Below, one piece after another: positions 23,019 to 38,000 of a DNA stretch of 64,000 nucleotides. The notes beneath the pieces were generated by a model that saw only the letters and a list, made by a program, of their open reading frames with translations, did no database searches and was not told where the DNA came from. The stretch is from Squalus acanthias (Eukaryota): contig CM059431.1 in NCBI GenBank assembly GCA_030390025.1, forward strand, positions 146,756,001-146,820,000. The letters are read 5' to 3'. Positions within the stretch are counted from its first letter, which is position 1; each line of letters opens with the position of its first letter. Made by a program: the position numbers and the translations under genes.

Positions 23019-26000
23019 TCTGCTCTATTCCTCACTGCTCCTCCTGTATTCCTCACTGCTCCTGCTGTATTCCTCACTGCTCCTGCTGTATTCCTCACTG
23101 CTCCTGCTGTATTCCTCACTGCTCCTGCTGTATTCCTCACTGCTCCTGCTGTATTCCTCACTGCTCCTGCTGTATTCCTCACTGCTCCTGCTGTATTCCT
23201 CACTGCTCCTGCTGTATTCCTCACTGCTCCTGCTCTATTCCTCACTGCTCCTGCTGTATTCTCACTGCTCCTGCTGTATTCCTCACTGCTCCTGCTGTAT
23301 TCCTCACTGCTCCTGCTGTATTCCTCACTGCTCCTGCTGTATTCCTCACTGCTCCTGCTGTATTCCTCACTGCTCCTGCTCTATTCCTCACTGCTCCTGC
23401 TGTATTCCTCACTGCTCCTGCTCTATTCCTCACTGCTCCTGCTGTATTCCTCACTGCTCCTGCTCTATTCCTCACTGCTCCTGCTGTATTCCTCACTGCT
23501 CCTGCTCTATTCCTCACTGCTCCTGCTGTATTCCTCACTGCTCCTGCTGTATTCCTCACTGCTCCTGCTGTATTCCTCACTGCTCCTGCTGTATTCCTCA
23601 CTGCTCCTGCTGTATTCCTCACTGCTCCTGCTCTATTCCTCACTGCTCCTGCTCTATTCCTCACTGCTCCTGCTCTATTCCTCACTGCTCCTGCTCTATT
23701 CCTCACTGCTCCTGCTGTATTCCTCACTGCTCCTGCCATATTCCTCACTGCTCCTGCTGTATTCCTCACTGCTCCTGCTGTATTCCTCACTGCTCCTGCT
23801 GTATTCCTCACTGCTCCTGCTGTATTCCTCACTGCTCCTGCTGTATTCCTCACTGCTCCTGCTGTATTCCTCACTGCTCCTGCTGTATTCCTCACTGCTC
23901 CTGCTGTATTCCTCACTGCTCCTGCTGTATTCCTCACTGCTCCTGCTGTATTCCTCACTGCTCCTGCTGTATTCCTCACTGTCTCCTGCTGTATTCCTCA
24001 CTGCTCCTGCTTTATTCCTCACTGCTCCTGCTGTATTCCTCACTGCTCCTGCTGTATTCCTCACTGCTCCTGCTGTATTCCTCACTGCTCCTGCTTTATT
24101 CCTCACTGCTCCTGCTGTATTCCTCACTGCTCCTGCTCTATTCCTCACTGCTCCTGCTCTATTCCTCACTGCTCCTGCTGTATTCCTCACTGCTCCTGCT
24201 GTATTCCTCACTGCTCCTGCTGTATTCCTCACTGCTCCTGCTGTATTCCTCACTGCTCCTGCTCTATTCCTCACTGCTCCTGCTGTATTCCTCACTGCTC
24301 CTGCTGTATTCCTCACTGCTCCTGCTCTATTCCTCACTGCTCCTGCTGTATTCCTCACTGCTCCTGCTGTATTCCTCACTGCTCCTGCTCTATTCCTCAC
24401 TGCTCCTGCTGTATTCCTCACTGCTCCTGCTGTATTCCTCACTGCTCCTGCTGTATTCCTCACTGCTCCTGCTGTATTCCTCACTGCTCCTGCTGTATTC
24501 CTCACTGCTCCTGCTGTATTCCTCACTGCTCCTGCTGTATTCCTCACTGCTCCTGCTGTATTCCTCACTGCTCCTGCTGTATTCCTCACTGCTCCTGCTC
24601 TATTCCTCACTGCTCCTGCTGTATTCCTCACTGCTCCTGCTGTATTCCTCACTGCTCCTGCTGTATTCCTCACTGCTCCTGCTGTATTCCTCACTGCTCC
24701 TGCTGTATTCCTCACTGCTCCTGCTGTATTCCTCACTGCTCCTGCTCTATTCCTCACTGCTCCTGCTCTATTCCTCACTGCTCCTGCTGTATTCCTCACT
24801 GCTCCTGCTGTATTCCTCACTGCTCCTGCTGTATTCCTCACTGCTCCTGCTGTATTCCTCACTGCTCCTGCTGTATTCCTCACTGCTCCTGCTGTATTCT
24901 CACTGCTCCTGCTGTATTCCTCACTGCTCCTGCTGTATTCCTCACTGCTCCTGCTGTATTCCTCACTGCTCCTGCTGTATTCCTCACTGCTCCTGCTGTA
25001 TTCCTCACTGCTCCTGCTGTATTCCTCACTGCTCCTGCTGTATTCCTCACTGCTCCTGCTGTATTCCTCACTGCTCCTGCTGTATTCCTCGCTGCTCCTG
25101 CTCTATTCCTCACTGCTCCTGCTGTATTCCTCACTGCTCCTGCTCTATTCCTCACTGCTCCTGCTGTATTCCTCGCTGCTCCTGCTGTATTCCTCACTGC
25201 TCCTGCTCTATTCCTCACTGCTCCTGCTCTATTCCTCACTGCTCCTGCTGTATTCCTCACTGCTCCTGCTGTATTCCTCACTGCTCCTGCTGTATTCCTC
25301 ACTGCTCCTGCTGTATTCCTCACTGCTCCTGCTGTATTCCTCACTGCTCCTGCTCTATTCCTCACTGCTCCTGCTGTATTCCTCACTGCTCCTGCTGTAT
25401 TCCTCACTGCTCCTGCTGTATTCCTCACTGCTCCTGCTCTATTCCTCACTGCTCCTGCTGTATTCCTCACTGCTCCTGCTGTATTCCTCACTGCTCCTGC
25501 TGTATTCCTCACTGCTCCTGCTGTATTCCTCACTGCTCCTGCTGTATTCCTCACTGCTCCTGCTCTATTCCTCACTGCTCCTGCTGTATTCCTCACTGCT
25601 CCTGCTGTATTCCTCACTGCTCCTGCTGTATTCCTCACTGCTCCTGTTCTATTCCGCACAGCTCCTGCTCTATTCCTCACTGCTCCTGCTGTATTCCTCA
25701 CTGCTCCTGCTGTATTCCTCACTGCTCCTGCTGTATTCCTCACTGCTCCTGCTGTATTCCTCACTGCTCCTGCTGTATTCCTCACTGCTCCTGCTGTATT
25801 CCTCACTGCTCCTGCTGTATTCCTCACTGCTCCTGCTGTATTCCTCACTGCTCCTGCTGTATTCCTCACTGCTCCTGCTGTATTCCTCACTGCTCCTGCT
25901 GTATTCCTCACTGCCTCTGCTGTATTCCTCGCTGCTCCTGCTGTATTCCTCACTGCTCCTGCTGTATTCCTCACTGCTCCTGCTGTATTCCTCACTGCTC

Positions 26001-29000
26001 CTGCTGTATTCCTCACTGCTCCTGCTGTATTCCTCACTGCTCCTGCTGTATTCCTCACTGCTCCTGCTGTATTCCTCACTGCTCCTGCTGTATTCCTCAC
26101 TGCTCCTGCTCTATTCCTCACTGCTCCTGCTGTATTCCTCACTGCTCCTGCTGTATTCCTCACTGCTCCTGCTGTATTCCTCACTGCTCCTGCTGTATTC
26201 CTCACTGCTCCTGCTGTATTCCTCAGCTGCTCCTGCTGTATTCCTCACTGCTCCTGCTGTATTCCTCACTGCTCCTGCTGTATTCCTCACTGCTCCTGCT
26301 CTATTCTCACTGCTCCTGCTGTATTCCTCACTGCTCCTGCTCTATTCCTCACTGCTCCTGCTCTATTCCTCACTGCTCCTGCTGTATTCCTCACTGCTCC
26401 TGCCGTATTCCTCACTGCTCCTGCTGTATTCCTCACTGCTCCTGCTGTATTCCTCACTGCTCCTGCTGTATTCCTCGACTGCTCCTGCTGTATTCCTCAC
26501 TGCTCCTGCTGTATTCCTCACTGCTCCTGCTCTATTCCTCACTGCTCCTGCTCTATTCCTCACTGCTCCTGCTGTATTCCTGACTGCTCCTGCTGTATTC
26601 CTCGCTGCCTCTGCTCTATTCCTCGTTGCTCCTGCTGTATTCCTCACTGCTCCTGCTGTATTCCTCACTGCTCCTGCTGTATTCCTCACTGCTCCTGCTG
26701 TATTCCTCACTGCTCCTGCTGTATTCCTCACTGCTCCTGCTGTATTCCTCACTGCTGCTGCTGTATTCCTCACTGCTCCTGCTGTATTCCTCACTGCTCC
26801 TGCTGTATTCCTCACTGCTCCTGCTGTATTCCTCACTGCTCCTGCTGTATTCCTCACTGCTCCTGCTGTATTCCTCACTGCTCCTGCTCTATTCCTCACT
26901 GCTCCTGCTGTATTCCTCACTGCTCCTGCTCTAATCCTCACTGCTCCTGCTGTATTCCTCACTGCTCCTGCTGTATTCCTCACTGCTCCTGCTTTATTCC
27001 TCACTGCTCCTGCTGTATTCCTCACTGCTCCTGCTGTATTCCTCACTGCTCCTGCTGTATTCCTCACTGCTCCTGCTCTATTCCTCACTGCTCCTGCTGT
27101 ATTCCTCACTGCTCCTGCTGTATTCCTCACTGCTCCTGCTGTATTCTCACTGCTCCTGCTGTATTCCTCACTGCTCCTGCTCTATTCCTCACTGCTCCTG
27201 CTGTATTCCTCACTGCTCCTGCTGTATTCCTCACTGCTCCTGCTGTATTCCTCACTGCTCCTGCTGTATTCCTCACTGCTCCTGCTGTATTCCTCACTGC
27301 TCCTGCTGTATTCCTCACTGCTCCTGCTGTATTCCTCACTGCTCCTGCCGTATTCCTCACTGCTCCTGCTGTATTCCTCACTGCTCCTGCTGTATTCCTC
27401 ACTGCTCCTGCTCTATTCCTCACTGCTCCTGCTCTATTCCTCACTGCTCCTGCTCTATTCCTCACTGCTCCTGCTGTATTCCTCACTGCTCTGCTCTATT
27501 CCTCACTGCTCCTGCTGTATTCCTCACTGCTCCTGCTCTATTCCTCACTGCTCCTGCTGTATTCCTCACTGCTCCTGCTGTATTCCTCTCTGCTCCTGCT
27601 GTATTCCTCACTGCTCCTGCTGTATTCCTCACTGCTCCTGCTGTATTCCTGTCTGCTCCTGCTCTATTCCTCACTGCTCCTGCTGTATTCCTCACTGCTC
27701 CTGCTGTATTCCTCACTGCTCCTGCTGTATTCCTCACTGCTCCTGCTGTATTCCTCACTGCTCCTGCTGTATTCCTCACTGCTCCTGCTGTATTCCTCAC
27801 TGCTCCTGCTGTATTCCTCACTGCTCCTGCTGTATTCCTGACTGCTCCTGCTGTATTCCTCACTGCTCCTGCTGTATTCCTCACTGCTCCTGCCATATTC
27901 CTGACTGCTCCTGCTGTTATCCTCGCTGCTCCTGCTGTATACTCACTGCTCCTGCTTCTATTCCTCACTGCTCCTGCTGTATTCCTCACTGCTCCTGCTC
28001 TATTCCTCGTGCTCCTGCTCTATTCCTCACTGCTCCTGCTGTATTTCTCACTGCTCCTGCTCTATTCCTCACTGCTACTGCTGTATTCCTCACTGCTCCT
28101 CCTGTATTCCTCACTGCTCCTGCTGTATTCCTCACTGCTCCTGCTGTATTCCTCACTGCTCCTGCTGTATTCCTCACTGCTCCTGCTCTATTCCTCACTG
28201 CTCCTGCTCTATTCCTCACTGCTCCTGCTGTATTCCTCACTGCTCCTGCTGTATTCTCGCTGCTCCTGCTGTATTCCTCACTGCTCCTCCTGTATTCCTC
28301 ACTGCTCCTGCTGTATTGCTCCCTGCTCCTGCTCTATTCCTCACTGCTCCAGCTGTATTCCTCACTGCTCCTGCTCTATTCCTCACTGCTCCTTTTGTAT
28401 TCCTCACTGCTCCTTTTGTATTCCTCACTGCTTCTGCTGTATTCCTCACTGCTCCTGCTCTATTCCTCACTGCTCCTGCTGTATTCCTCACTGCTCCTGC
28501 TCTATTCCTCACTTCTCCTGCTGTATTCCTCACTGCTCCTGCTCTATTCCTCACTTCTCCTGCTGTATTCCTCAGTGCTACTGCTGTATTCCTCACTGCT
28601 CCTGCTGTATTCCTCACTGCTCCTGCGGTATTCCTCAAAGCTCCTGCTGTATTCCTCACTGCTCCGGCTCTAATCCTCACTGCTCCAGCTCTATTCCTCA
28701 CTGCTCCTGCTCTATTCCTCACTGCTCCGGCTCTATTCCTCACTGCTCCTGCTGTGTTCCTCACTGCTCCTGCTATATTCCTCACTGCTCCTGCTGTATT
28801 CCTCACTGCTCCTGCTGTATTCCTCACTGCTCCTGCTGTATTCCTCACTGCTCCTGCTGTATTCCTCACTGCTCCTGCTGTATTCCTCACTGCTCCTGCT
28901 GTATTCCTCACTGCTCCTGCTGTATTCCTCACTGCTCCTGCTGTATTCCTCACTGCTCCTGCTGTATTCCTCACTGCTCCTGCTGTATTCCTCACTGCTC

Positions 29001-32000
29001 CTGCTGTATTCCTCACTGCTCCTGCTGTATTCCTCACTGCTCCTGCTGTATTCCTCACTGCTCCTGCTGTATTCCTCACTGCTCCTGCTGTATTCCTCAC
29101 TGCTCCTGCTGTATTCCTCACTGCTCCTGCTGTATTCCTCACTGCTCCTGCTGTATTCCTCACTGCTCCTGCTGTATTCCTCACTGCTCCTGCTCTATTC
29201 CTCACTGCTCCTGCTGTATTCCTCACTGCTCCTGCTGTATTCCTCACTGCTCCTGCTGTATTCCTCACTGCTCCTGCTGTATTCCTCACTGCTCCTGCTG
29301 TATTCCTCACTGCTCCTGCTGTATTCCTCACTGCTCCTGCTCTATTCCTCACTGCTCCTGCTGTATTCCTCACTGCTCCTGCTGTATTCCTCACTGCTCC
29401 TGCTGTATTCCTCACTGCTCCTGCTCTATTCCTCACTGCTCCTGCTCTATTCCTCACTGCTCCTGCTGTATTCCTCACTGCTCCTGCTGTATTCCTCACT
29501 GCTCCTGCTGTATTCCTCACTGCTCCTGCTGTATTCCTCACTGCTCCTGCTCTATTCCTCACTGCTCCTGCTGTATTCCTCACTGCTCCTGCTGTATTCC
29601 TCACTGCTCCTGCTGTATTCCTCACTGCTCCTGCTGTATTCCTCACTGCTCCTGCTGTATTCCTCACTGCTCCTGCTGTATTCCTCATCGCTCCTGCTCT
29701 ATTCCTCACTGCTCCTGCTGTATTCCGCACTGCTCCTGCCATATTCCTGACTGCTCCTGCTGTAATCCTCGCTGCCTCTGTTCTATTCCTCGTTGCTCCT
29801 GCTGTATTCCTCGCTGCTCCTGCTGTATTCCTCACTGCTCCTGCTGTATTCCTCACTGCTCCTGCCGTATTCCTCACTGCTCCTGCTGTATTCCTCACTG
29901 CTCCTGCTGTATTCCTCACTGCTCCTGCTGTATTCCTCACTGCTCCTGCTGTATTCCTCACTGCTCCTGCTGTATTCCTCACTGCTCCTGCTGTATTCCT
30001 CACTGCTCCTGCTGTATTCCTCACTGCTCCTGCTGTATTCTCACTGCTCCTGCTGTATTCCTCACTGCTCCTGCTGTATTCCTCGCTGCTCCTGCTGTAA
30101 TCCTCACTGCTCCTGCTGTATTCCTCACTGCTCCTGCTGTATTCCTCACTGCTCCTGCTCTATTCCTCACTGCTCCTGCTCTATTCCTCACTGTTCCTGC
30201 TGTATTCCTCAATGCCTCTGCTCTAATCCTCCCTGCTCCTGCTGTATTCCTCACTGCTCCTGCTGTATTCGTCACAGCACCTGCTGTATTCCTCACTGCT
30301 CCAGCTCTATTCCTCACAGCTCCTGCTGTATTCTTCACTGCTCCTGCTGTATTCCTCATTGCTCCCGCTCTATTCATCACTGCTCCTGCTGTATTCCTCA
30401 CTGCTCCTGCTGTATTCCTCAATGTTCCTGCTGTATTCTTCACTTCTCCTGCTGTATTCCTCACTGCTCCTGCTCTATTGCTCACTGCTCCTGCTGTATT
30501 CCTCACTGCTCCTGCTGTATTCCTCAGTGCTCCTGCTGTATTCCACACTGCTCCTGCTGTATTCCTCGCTGCTCCTGCTGTATTCCTCACTGCTCCGGCT
30601 CTATTCCTCACTGCTCGTGCTGTATTCCTCACTGCTCCTGCTCTATTCCTCACTATTCCTGCTGTATTCTTCAATGCCTCTGCTCTAATCCTCCCTGCTC
30701 CTGCTGTATTCCTCATTGCTCCTGTTCTATTCATCACTGCTCCTGCTGTATTCCTGTCTGCTCCTGCTGTATTCCTCACTACTCCTGCTGTATTCCTCAC
30801 TGCTCCTGCTGTATTCCTCACTGCTCGTGCTGTATTCCTCACTGCTCCTGCTGTATTCCTGTCTGCTCCTGCTGTATTCCTCACTACTCCTGCTGTATTC
30901 CTCACTGCTCCTGCTGTATTCCTGTCTGCTCCTGCTGTATTCCTCACTGTTCCTGCTGTATTCCTCACTGCTCCTGCCGTATTCCTCACTGCTCCTGCTG
31001 TATTCCTCGCTGCTCCTGCTGTATTCCTCACTACTCCTGCTGTATTCCTCACTGCTCCTGCTGTATTCCTCACTGCACCTGCTGTATTACTCACTGCACC
31101 TGCTGTATTCCTCACTGCTCCTGCTGTATTCCTCGCTGCTCCTGCTGTATTCCTCACTGCTCCTGCCGTATTCCTCACTGCTCCTGCTGTATTCCTCACT
31201 GCTCCTGCTGTATTCCTCACTGCACCTGCTGTATTCCTCACTACTCCTGCTGTATTCCTCACTGCTCCTGCTGTATTCCTCTCTGCTCCTGCTGTATTCC
31301 TCACTGCTCCTGCTGCATTCCTCACTGCTCCTGCTTATTCCTGACTGCTCCTGCTGTATCCTCACTGCTCCTGCTGTATTCCTCACTGCTCCTGTTCTAT
31401 TCCGCACTGCTCCTGCTGTATTCCTCACTGCTCCTGCTCTATTCCTCGTTGCTCCTGCTCTATTCCTCACTGCTCCTGCTGTATTCCTCACTTCTCCTGC
31501 TCTATTCCTCACTGCTACTGCTGTATTCCTCACTGCTCCTGCTGTATTCCTCACGGCTCCTGCTGTATTCCTCACTGCTCCTGCTGTATTCCTCACTACT
31601 CCTGCTGTATTCCTCACTGCTCCTGCTCTATTCCTCACTGCTCCTGCTGTATTCCTCACTGCTCCTGCTGTATTCCTCACTGCTCCTGCTGTATTCCTCA
31701 CTGCTCCTGCTCTATTCCTCACTGCTCCTGCTGTATTCCTCACTGCTCCTGCTGTATTCCTCACTGCTCCTGCTCTATTCCTCACTGCTCCTGCTCTATT
31801 CCTCACTGCTCCTGCTGTATTCCTCACTGCTCCTGCTCTATTCCTCACTGCTCCTGCTCTATTCCTCACTGCTCCTGCTGTATTCCTCACTGCTCCTGCT
31901 GTATTCCTCACTGCTCCTGCTCTATTCCTCACTGCTCCTGCTGTATTCCTCACTGCTCCTGCTGTATTCCTCACTGCTCCTGCTCTATTCCTCACTGCTC

Positions 32001-35000
32001 CTGCTCTATTCCTCACTGCTCCTGCTGTATTCTCACTGCTCCTGCTGTATTCCTCACTGCTCCTGCTGTATTCCTCACTGCTCCTGCTCTATTCCTCACT
32101 GCTCCTGCCGTATTCTCACTGCTCCTGCTGTATTCCTCACTGCTCCTGCTGTATTCCTCACTGCTCCTGCTGTATTCCTCACTGCTCCTGCTCTATTCCT
32201 CACTGCTCCTGCTGTATTCCTCACTGCTCCTGCTCTATTCCTCACTGCTCCTGCTGTATTCCTCACTGCTCCTGCTGTATTCCTCACTGCTCCTGCTGTA
32301 TTCCTCACTGCTCCTGCTGTATTCCTCACTGCTCCTGCTGTATTCCTCACTGCTCCTGCTGTATTCCTCACTGCTCCTGCTGTATTCCTCACTGCTCCTG
32401 CTGTATTCCTCACTGCTCCTGCTGTATTCCTCACTGCTCCTGCTGTATTCCTCACTGCTCCTGCTGTATTCCTCACTGCTCCTGCTGTATTCCTCACTGC
32501 TCCTGCTGTATTCCTCGCTGCTCCTGCTGTATTCCTCACTGCTCCTGCTGTATTCCTCACTGCTCCTGCTGTATTCCTCACTGCTCCTGCTGTATTCCTC
32601 ACTGCTCCTGCTGTATTCCTCACTGCTCCTGCTGTATTCCTCACTGCTCCTGCTGTATTCCTCACTGCTCCTGCTGTATTCCTCACTGCTCCTGCTGTAT
32701 TCCTCACTGCTCCTGCTGTATTCCTCACTGCTCCTGCTGTATTCCTCACTGCTCCTGCTGTATTCCTCACTGCTCCTGCTGTATTCCTCACTGCTCCTGC
32801 TTTATTCCTCACTGCTCCTGCTCTATTCCTCACTGCTCCTGCTGTATTCCTCACTGCTCCTGCTGTATTCCTCACTGCTCCTGCTGTATTCCTCGCTTCT
32901 CCTGCTGTATTCCTCACTGCTCCTGCTGTATTCCTCACTGCTCCTGCTCTATTCCTCACTACTCCTGCTGTATTCCTCACTGCTCCTGCTGTATTCCTCA
33001 CTGCTCCTGCTCTATTCCTCACTGCTCCTGCTGTATTCCTCACTGCTCCTGCTGTATTCCTCACTGCTCCTGCTGTATTCCTCACTGCTCCTGCTGTATT
33101 CCTCACTGCTCCTGCTGTATTCCTCACTGCTCCTGCTCTATTCCTCACTACTCCTGCTGTATTCCTCACATTCCTGGTGTATTCCTCACTGCTCCTGCTC
33201 TATTGCTCACTGCTCCTGCTGTATTCCTCACTGCTCCTGCTGTATTCCTCACTGCTCCTGCTGTATTCCTCACTGCTCCTGCTCTATTCCTCACTACTCC
33301 TGCTGTATTCCTCACATTCCTGGTGTATTCCTCACTGCTCCTGCTGTATTCCTCACTGCTCCTGCTGTTTTCCTCACTGCTCCTGCTGTATTCCTCACTG
33401 CACCTGCTGTATTCCTCACTGTTCATGCTGTATTCCTCACTGCTCCTGCTCTATTCCTCACTACTCCTGCTGTATTCCTCACATTCCTGGTGTATTCCTC
33501 ACTGCTCCTGCTCTATTGCTCACTGCTCCTGCTGTATTCCTCACTGCTCGTGCTGTATTCCTCACTGCTCCTGCTGTATTCCTCACTGCTCCTGCCGTAT
33601 TCCTCACTGCTCCTGCTTTATTGCTCACTGCTCCTGCTGTATTCCTCACTGCTCGTGCTGTATTCCTCACTGCTCCTGCTGTATTCCTCACTGCTCCTGC
33701 TGTATTCCTCACTGCTCCTGCTGTATTACTCACTGCTCGTGCTGTATTCCTCACTGCTCCTGCTGTATTCCTCACTGCTCCTGCCGTATTCCTCACTGCT
33801 CCTGCTGTATTCCTCGCTGCTCCTGCTGTATTCCTCACTTCTCCTGATGTATTCCTCATCGCTCCTGCTCTATTCCTCACTGCTCCTGCTGTATTCCTCA
33901 CTGCACCTGCTGTATTCCTCACTGCTCCTGCTGTATTCCTCATTGCTCCTGCTCTATTCCTCACTGCTCCTGCTCTATTCCTCACTGCTCCTGCTGTATT
34001 CCTCACTGCTCCTGCTCTATTCCTCACTGCTCCTGCTTTATTGCTCACTGCTCCTGCTGTATTCCTCACTGCTCCTGCCGTATTCCTCACTGCTCCTGCT
34101 GTATTCCTCATCGCTCCTGCTCTATTCCTCACTGCTCCTGCTGTATTCCTCACTGCTCCTGCTGTATTCCTCACTGCTCCTGCTCTATTCCTCACTGCTC
34201 CTGCTGTATTACTCACTGCTCCTGCTGTATTCCTCACTGCTCCTGCTCTATTCCTCACTGCTCCTGCTGTATTCCGCACTGCTCCTGCCGTATTCCTGAC
34301 TGCTCCTGCTGTAATCCTCGCTGCTCCTGCTGTATTCCTCACTGCTCCTGTTCTATTCCGCACTGCTCCTGCTGTATTCCTCACTGCCTCTGCTCTATTC
34401 CTCGTTGCTCCTGCTCTATTCCTCACTGCTCCTGCTGTAATCCTCACTTCTCCTGCTCTATTCCTCACTGCTACTGCGGTATTCCTCACTGCTCCTGCTG
34501 TATTCCTCACTACTCCTGCTGTATTCCTCACTGCTCCTGCTGTATTCCTCGCTGCTCCTGCTGTATTCCTCAGTGCTCCTGTTGTATTCCTCACTGCTCC
34601 TGCTGTATTCCACACTGCTCCTTCTGTATTTCTCACTGCTCCTGCTGTATTCCTCACTGCTCCTGCTGTATTCCTCGCTGTTCTCTGCTGTAATCCTCAC
34701 TGCTCCTGCTCTATTCCTCACTGCTCCTGTTGTATTCTCGCTGCTCCTGCTGTATTCCTCACTGCTCCTGCTGTATTCCTGACTGCTCCTGCTCTATTCC
34801 TCACTGCTCCTGCTGTATTCCTCGCTGTTCTCTGCTGTAATCCTCACTGCTCCTGCTGTATTCCTCACTGCTCCTGCTGTATTCCTCACTGCTCCTGCTC
34901 TATTCCTCACTGCTCCTGCTCTATTCCTCACTGTTCATGCTGTATTCCTCAATGCCTCTGCTCTAATCCTCCCTGCTCCTGCTGTATTCCTCACTGCTCC

Positions 35001-38000
35001 TGCTGTATTCGTCACAGCACCTGCTGTATTCCTCACTGCTCCAGCTCTATTCCTCACAGCTCCTGCTGTATTCTTCACTGCTCCTGCTTTATTCCTCACT
35101 GCTCCTGCTGTATTCCTCATTGCTCCCGCTCTATTCATCACTGCTCCTGCTGTATTCCTCACTGCTCCTGCTGTATTCCTCAATGTTCCTGCTGTATTCT
35201 TCACTTCTCCTGCTGTATTCCTCACTGCTCCTGCTCTATTGCTCACTGCTCCTGCTGTATTCCTCACTGCTCCTGCTGTATTCCTCAGTGCTCCTGCTGT
35301 ATTCCACACTGCTCCTGCTGTATTCCTCGCTGCTCCTGCTGTATTCCTCACTGCTCCGGCTCTATTCCTCACTGCTCGTGCTGTATTCCTCACTGCTCCT
35401 GCTCTATTCCTCACTATTCCTGCTGTATTCTTCAATGCCTCTGCTCTAATCCTCCCTGCTCCTGCTGTATTCCTCATTGCTCCTGTTCTATTCATCACTG
35501 CTCCTGCTGTATTCCTGTCTGCTCCTGCTGTATTCCTCACTACTCCTGCTGTATTCCTCACTGCTCCTGCTGTATTCCTCACTGCTCGTGCTGTATTCCT
35601 CACTGCTCCTGCTGTATTCCTGTCTGCTCCTGCTGTATTCCTCACTACTCCTGCTGTATTCCTCACTGCTCCTGCTGTATTCCTGTCTGCTCCTGCTGTA
35701 TTCCTCACTGTTCCTGCTGTATTCCTCACTGCTCCTGCCGTATTCCTCACTGCTCCTGCTGTATTCCTCGCTGCTCCTGCTGTATTCCTCACTACTCCTG
35801 CTGTATTCCTCACTGCTCCTGCTGTATTCCTCACTGCACCTGCTGTATTACTCACTGCACCTGCTGTATTCCTCACTGCTCCTGCTGTATTCCTCGCTGC
35901 TCCTGCTGTATTCCTCACTGCTCCTGCCGTATTCCTCACTGCTCCTGCTGTATTCCTCACTGCACCTGCTGTATTACTCACTGCACCTGCTGTATTCCTC
36001 ACTACTCCTGCTGTATTCCTCACTGCTCCTGCTGTATTCCTGTCTGCTCCTGCTGTATTCCTCACTGCTCCTGCTGCATTCCTCACTGCTCCTGCCATAT
36101 TCCTGACTGCTCCTGCTGTTATCCTCGCTGCTCCTGCTGTATACTCACTGCTCCTATTCTATTCCGCACTGCTCCTGTTGTATTCCTCACTGCTCCTGCT
36201 CTATTCCTCGTTGCTCCTGCTCTATTCCTCACTGCTCCTGCTGTATTTTTCACTTCTCCTGCTCTATTCCTCACTGCTACTGCTGTATTCCTCGCTGCTC
36301 CTCCTGTATTCCTCACGGCTCCTGCTGTATTCCTCACTGCTCCTGCTGTATTCCTCACTACTCCTGCTGTATTCCTCACTGCTCCTGCTCTATTCCTCAC
36401 TGCTCCTGCTGTATTCCTCACTGCTCCTGCTGTATTCCTCACTGCTCCTTCTGTATTCCTCACTGCTCCTGCTCTATTCCTCACTGCTCCTGCTGTATTC
36501 CTCACTGCTCCTGCTGTATTCCTCATTGCTCCTGCTCTATTCCTCACTGCTCCTGCTCTATTCCTCACTACTCCTGCTGTATTCCTCACTGCTCCTGCTC
36601 TATTCCTCACTGCTCCTGCTCTATTCCTCACTGCTCCTGCTGTATTCCTCACTGCTCCTTCTGTATTCCTCACTGCTCCTGCTCTATTCCTCACTGCTCC
36701 TGCTGTATTCCTCACTGCTCCTGCTGTATTCCTCATTGCTCCTGCTCTATTCCTCACTGCTCCTGCTCTATTCCTCACTACTCCTGCCGTATTCTTCACT
36801 GCTCCTGCTGTATTCCTCACTGCTCCTGCTGTATTCCTCACTGCTCCTGCTCTATTCCTCACTACTCCTGCCGTATTTTTCACTGCTCCTTCTGAATTCC
36901 TCACTGCTCCTGCTGTATTCTTCACTGCTCCTGCTGTATTCCTCACTGCTCCTGCTCTATTTCTCACTGCTCTTGCTGTATTCCTCAGTGCTCCTGCTCT
37001 ATTCTCCCTGCTCCTGCTGTATTCCTCACTGCTGCTCCTGTATTCCTCGCTGCTCCTGCTTTTTTCCTCACTGCTCCTGCTGTATTCCTCACTGCTCCTT
37101 CTGTATTCCTCACTGCTTCTGCTGTATTCCCCACTGCTCCTGCTGTATTCCTCACTGCTCCTGCTGTATTCCTCACTGCTCCTGCTGTATTCCTCACTGC
37201 TCCTACTGTATTCCTCACTGCTCCTGCTGTATTCCTCGCTGCTCCTGCTGTTTTCCTCACTGCTCCTGCTGTATTCCTCGCTGCTCCTGCTGTTTTCCTC
37301 ACTGCTCCTGCTGTATTCCTCACTGTTCCTGCTGTATTCCTCACTGCTCCTGCTGTATTCCTCGCTGCTCCTGCTGTTTTCCTCACTGCTCCTGCTGTAT
37401 TCCTCACTGCATCCTTCTGTATTACTCACTGCTCCTTCTGTATTCCTCACTGCTCCTGCTGTATTCCTGACTGCTCCTGCTGTATTCCTCACTGCTCGTG
37501 CTGTATTCCTCACTGCTCCTGCTGTATTCTTCACTGCTCCTACTGTATTCCTCACTGCTCCTGTTTTATTCCTGACTGTTCCTGCTCTATTCCTCACTGC
37601 TCCTGCTGTATTCCTCTCTGCTCCTTCTGTATTCCTCATTGCTCCTGCTGTATTCCTCGCTTCTCCTGTTGTATTCCTCACTGCTCCTGCTTTATTCCTC
37701 ACTGCTCCTGCTCTATTCCTCACTACTCCTGCTGTATTCCTCACATTCCTGGTGTATTCCTCACTGCTCCTGCTCTATTGCTCACTGCTCCTGCTGTATT
37801 CCTCACTGCTCCTGCTGTATTCCTCGCTGCTCCTGCGGTATTCCTCACTGCTCCTGCTGTATTCCTCACTGCTCCTGCTGTATTCCTCACTGCTCCTGCT
37901 CTATTCCTCACTACTCCTGCTGTATTCCTCACATTCCTGGTGTATTCCTCACTGCTCCTGCTCTATTGCTCACTGCTTCTGCTGTATTCCTCACTGCTCC

